From contig CAVUWA010000001.1 in the NCBI GenBank assembly GCA_963744995.1, positions 96,001 to 160,000 of the forward strand: a DNA stretch of 64,000 nucleotides, written 5' to 3'. This DNA comes from Candidatus Eiseniibacteriota bacterium. Lineage in GTDB: Bacteria; Eisenbacteria; RBG-16-71-46. Shown piece by piece: positions 63,637 to 64,000 of this stretch; the first letter of the stretch is position 1; every line of letters starts with the position of its first letter. The notes beneath the pieces were generated by a model that worked only from the letters and a program-made list of their open reading frames with translations, was not told the DNA's origin and did no database searches. Both the position numbers and the translations under genes were made by a program.

Positions 63637-64000
63637 ATGAAAGCCCTCTGGTTCCTGCTCTCGCTCCAGCTTTGTCTCGTCCCCGCCGTCTTCGCTCAGG
63701 ACGTGAAGGACCGGCCGCCCCCCCCCGTTCCGGGCGGCACCACGCCGCAGGGGGACGAGATCAACACCCGCATGCGGGTGCGCGGCTCGGTGTACACCGG
63801 TGAAGAGGCGCCGGATTTCGAGCTGCCCTCCTCGACCGGACATGAAGTCCACCTGTCGACGTTCCGGCCGGCGTGGACGCTGCTCGTGTTCGCCGAGCGC
63901 AAGGAAGGGCTCCTGCCGCTCGCGACCATCCGCGACGAGATGGCCAAGCTCGGCGTGAAGATCGTCGGGGTCTGCGACGAGAAGGCCTACTTCCTCGTCG
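63637..64000 (+). CDS. Secreted redoxin / AhpC-TSA-fold protein, 3' end runs off the window
   Basis: Manual translation MKALWFLL...AVFAQD...GEEAPDFELPSSTGHEVHLSTFR..WTLLVF...GVKIVGV; RBS AAGGAGGT. Confidence 0.75.
   Translation, partial: MKALWFLLSLQLCLVPAVFAQDVKDRPPPPVPGGTTPQGDEINTRMRVRGSVYTGEEAPDFELPSSTGHEVHLSTFRPAWTLLVFAERKEGLLPLATIRDEMAKLGVKIVGVCDEKAYFLV

Noticed and set aside
63718..63726. C9 homopolymer as a phase-variation tract
   Set aside because: In frame, encodes a poly-Pro linker, and is short for this GC content

Overview
High-GC, densely coding chromosomal window from a diderm bacterium. SprA, LptFG, split heptose enzymes and a sigma-54 activator suggest an FCB-related lineage such as Candidatus Eisenbacteria; this is inference only. 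In order, the window holds: an exopolysaccharide/surface-glycosylation cluster (1-11.7 kb); DHS-like, DUF3108, aminotransferase and M16 peptidase genes; the rimP-nusA-infB-DUF503-rbfA-truB-ribF-rpsO-pnp block; sprA coupled to an M28 glutaminyl-cyclase-like lipoprotein, divergent from lptF-lptG; aroB-aroQ-accB-pilT-accC-comB; TPR-ECF sigma-anti-sigma-HtrA; an NtrC-family activator; yceD-rpmF-plsX-fabH-fabD-fabG-acpP-fabF-rnc; rfaE1-rfaE2-sucC-sucD-ndk; and GNAT, TonB-C, UROD-fold and redoxin genes. I found no tRNA, rRNA, CRISPR array or mobile element. The top candidate is an apparently complete sigma-54 promoter (tandem palindromic sites, IHF-like site, -24/-12 box) directly behind the orphan NtrC-family gene. 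It points at a roughly 250-nt structured, terminator-bounded segment with no convincing ORF, a candidate sRNA. Other highlights: a sprA-glutaminyl cyclase pair with Gln-after-signal-peptide proteins nearby; an RNase III with an amphipathic helix and long disordered tails; an HtrA lacking its catalytic His and Asp; a GacIJKL-like glycosylation module; a switchable leader before wza; and several leaderless-type starts. All calls are by-eye motif recognition; no database searches were run.
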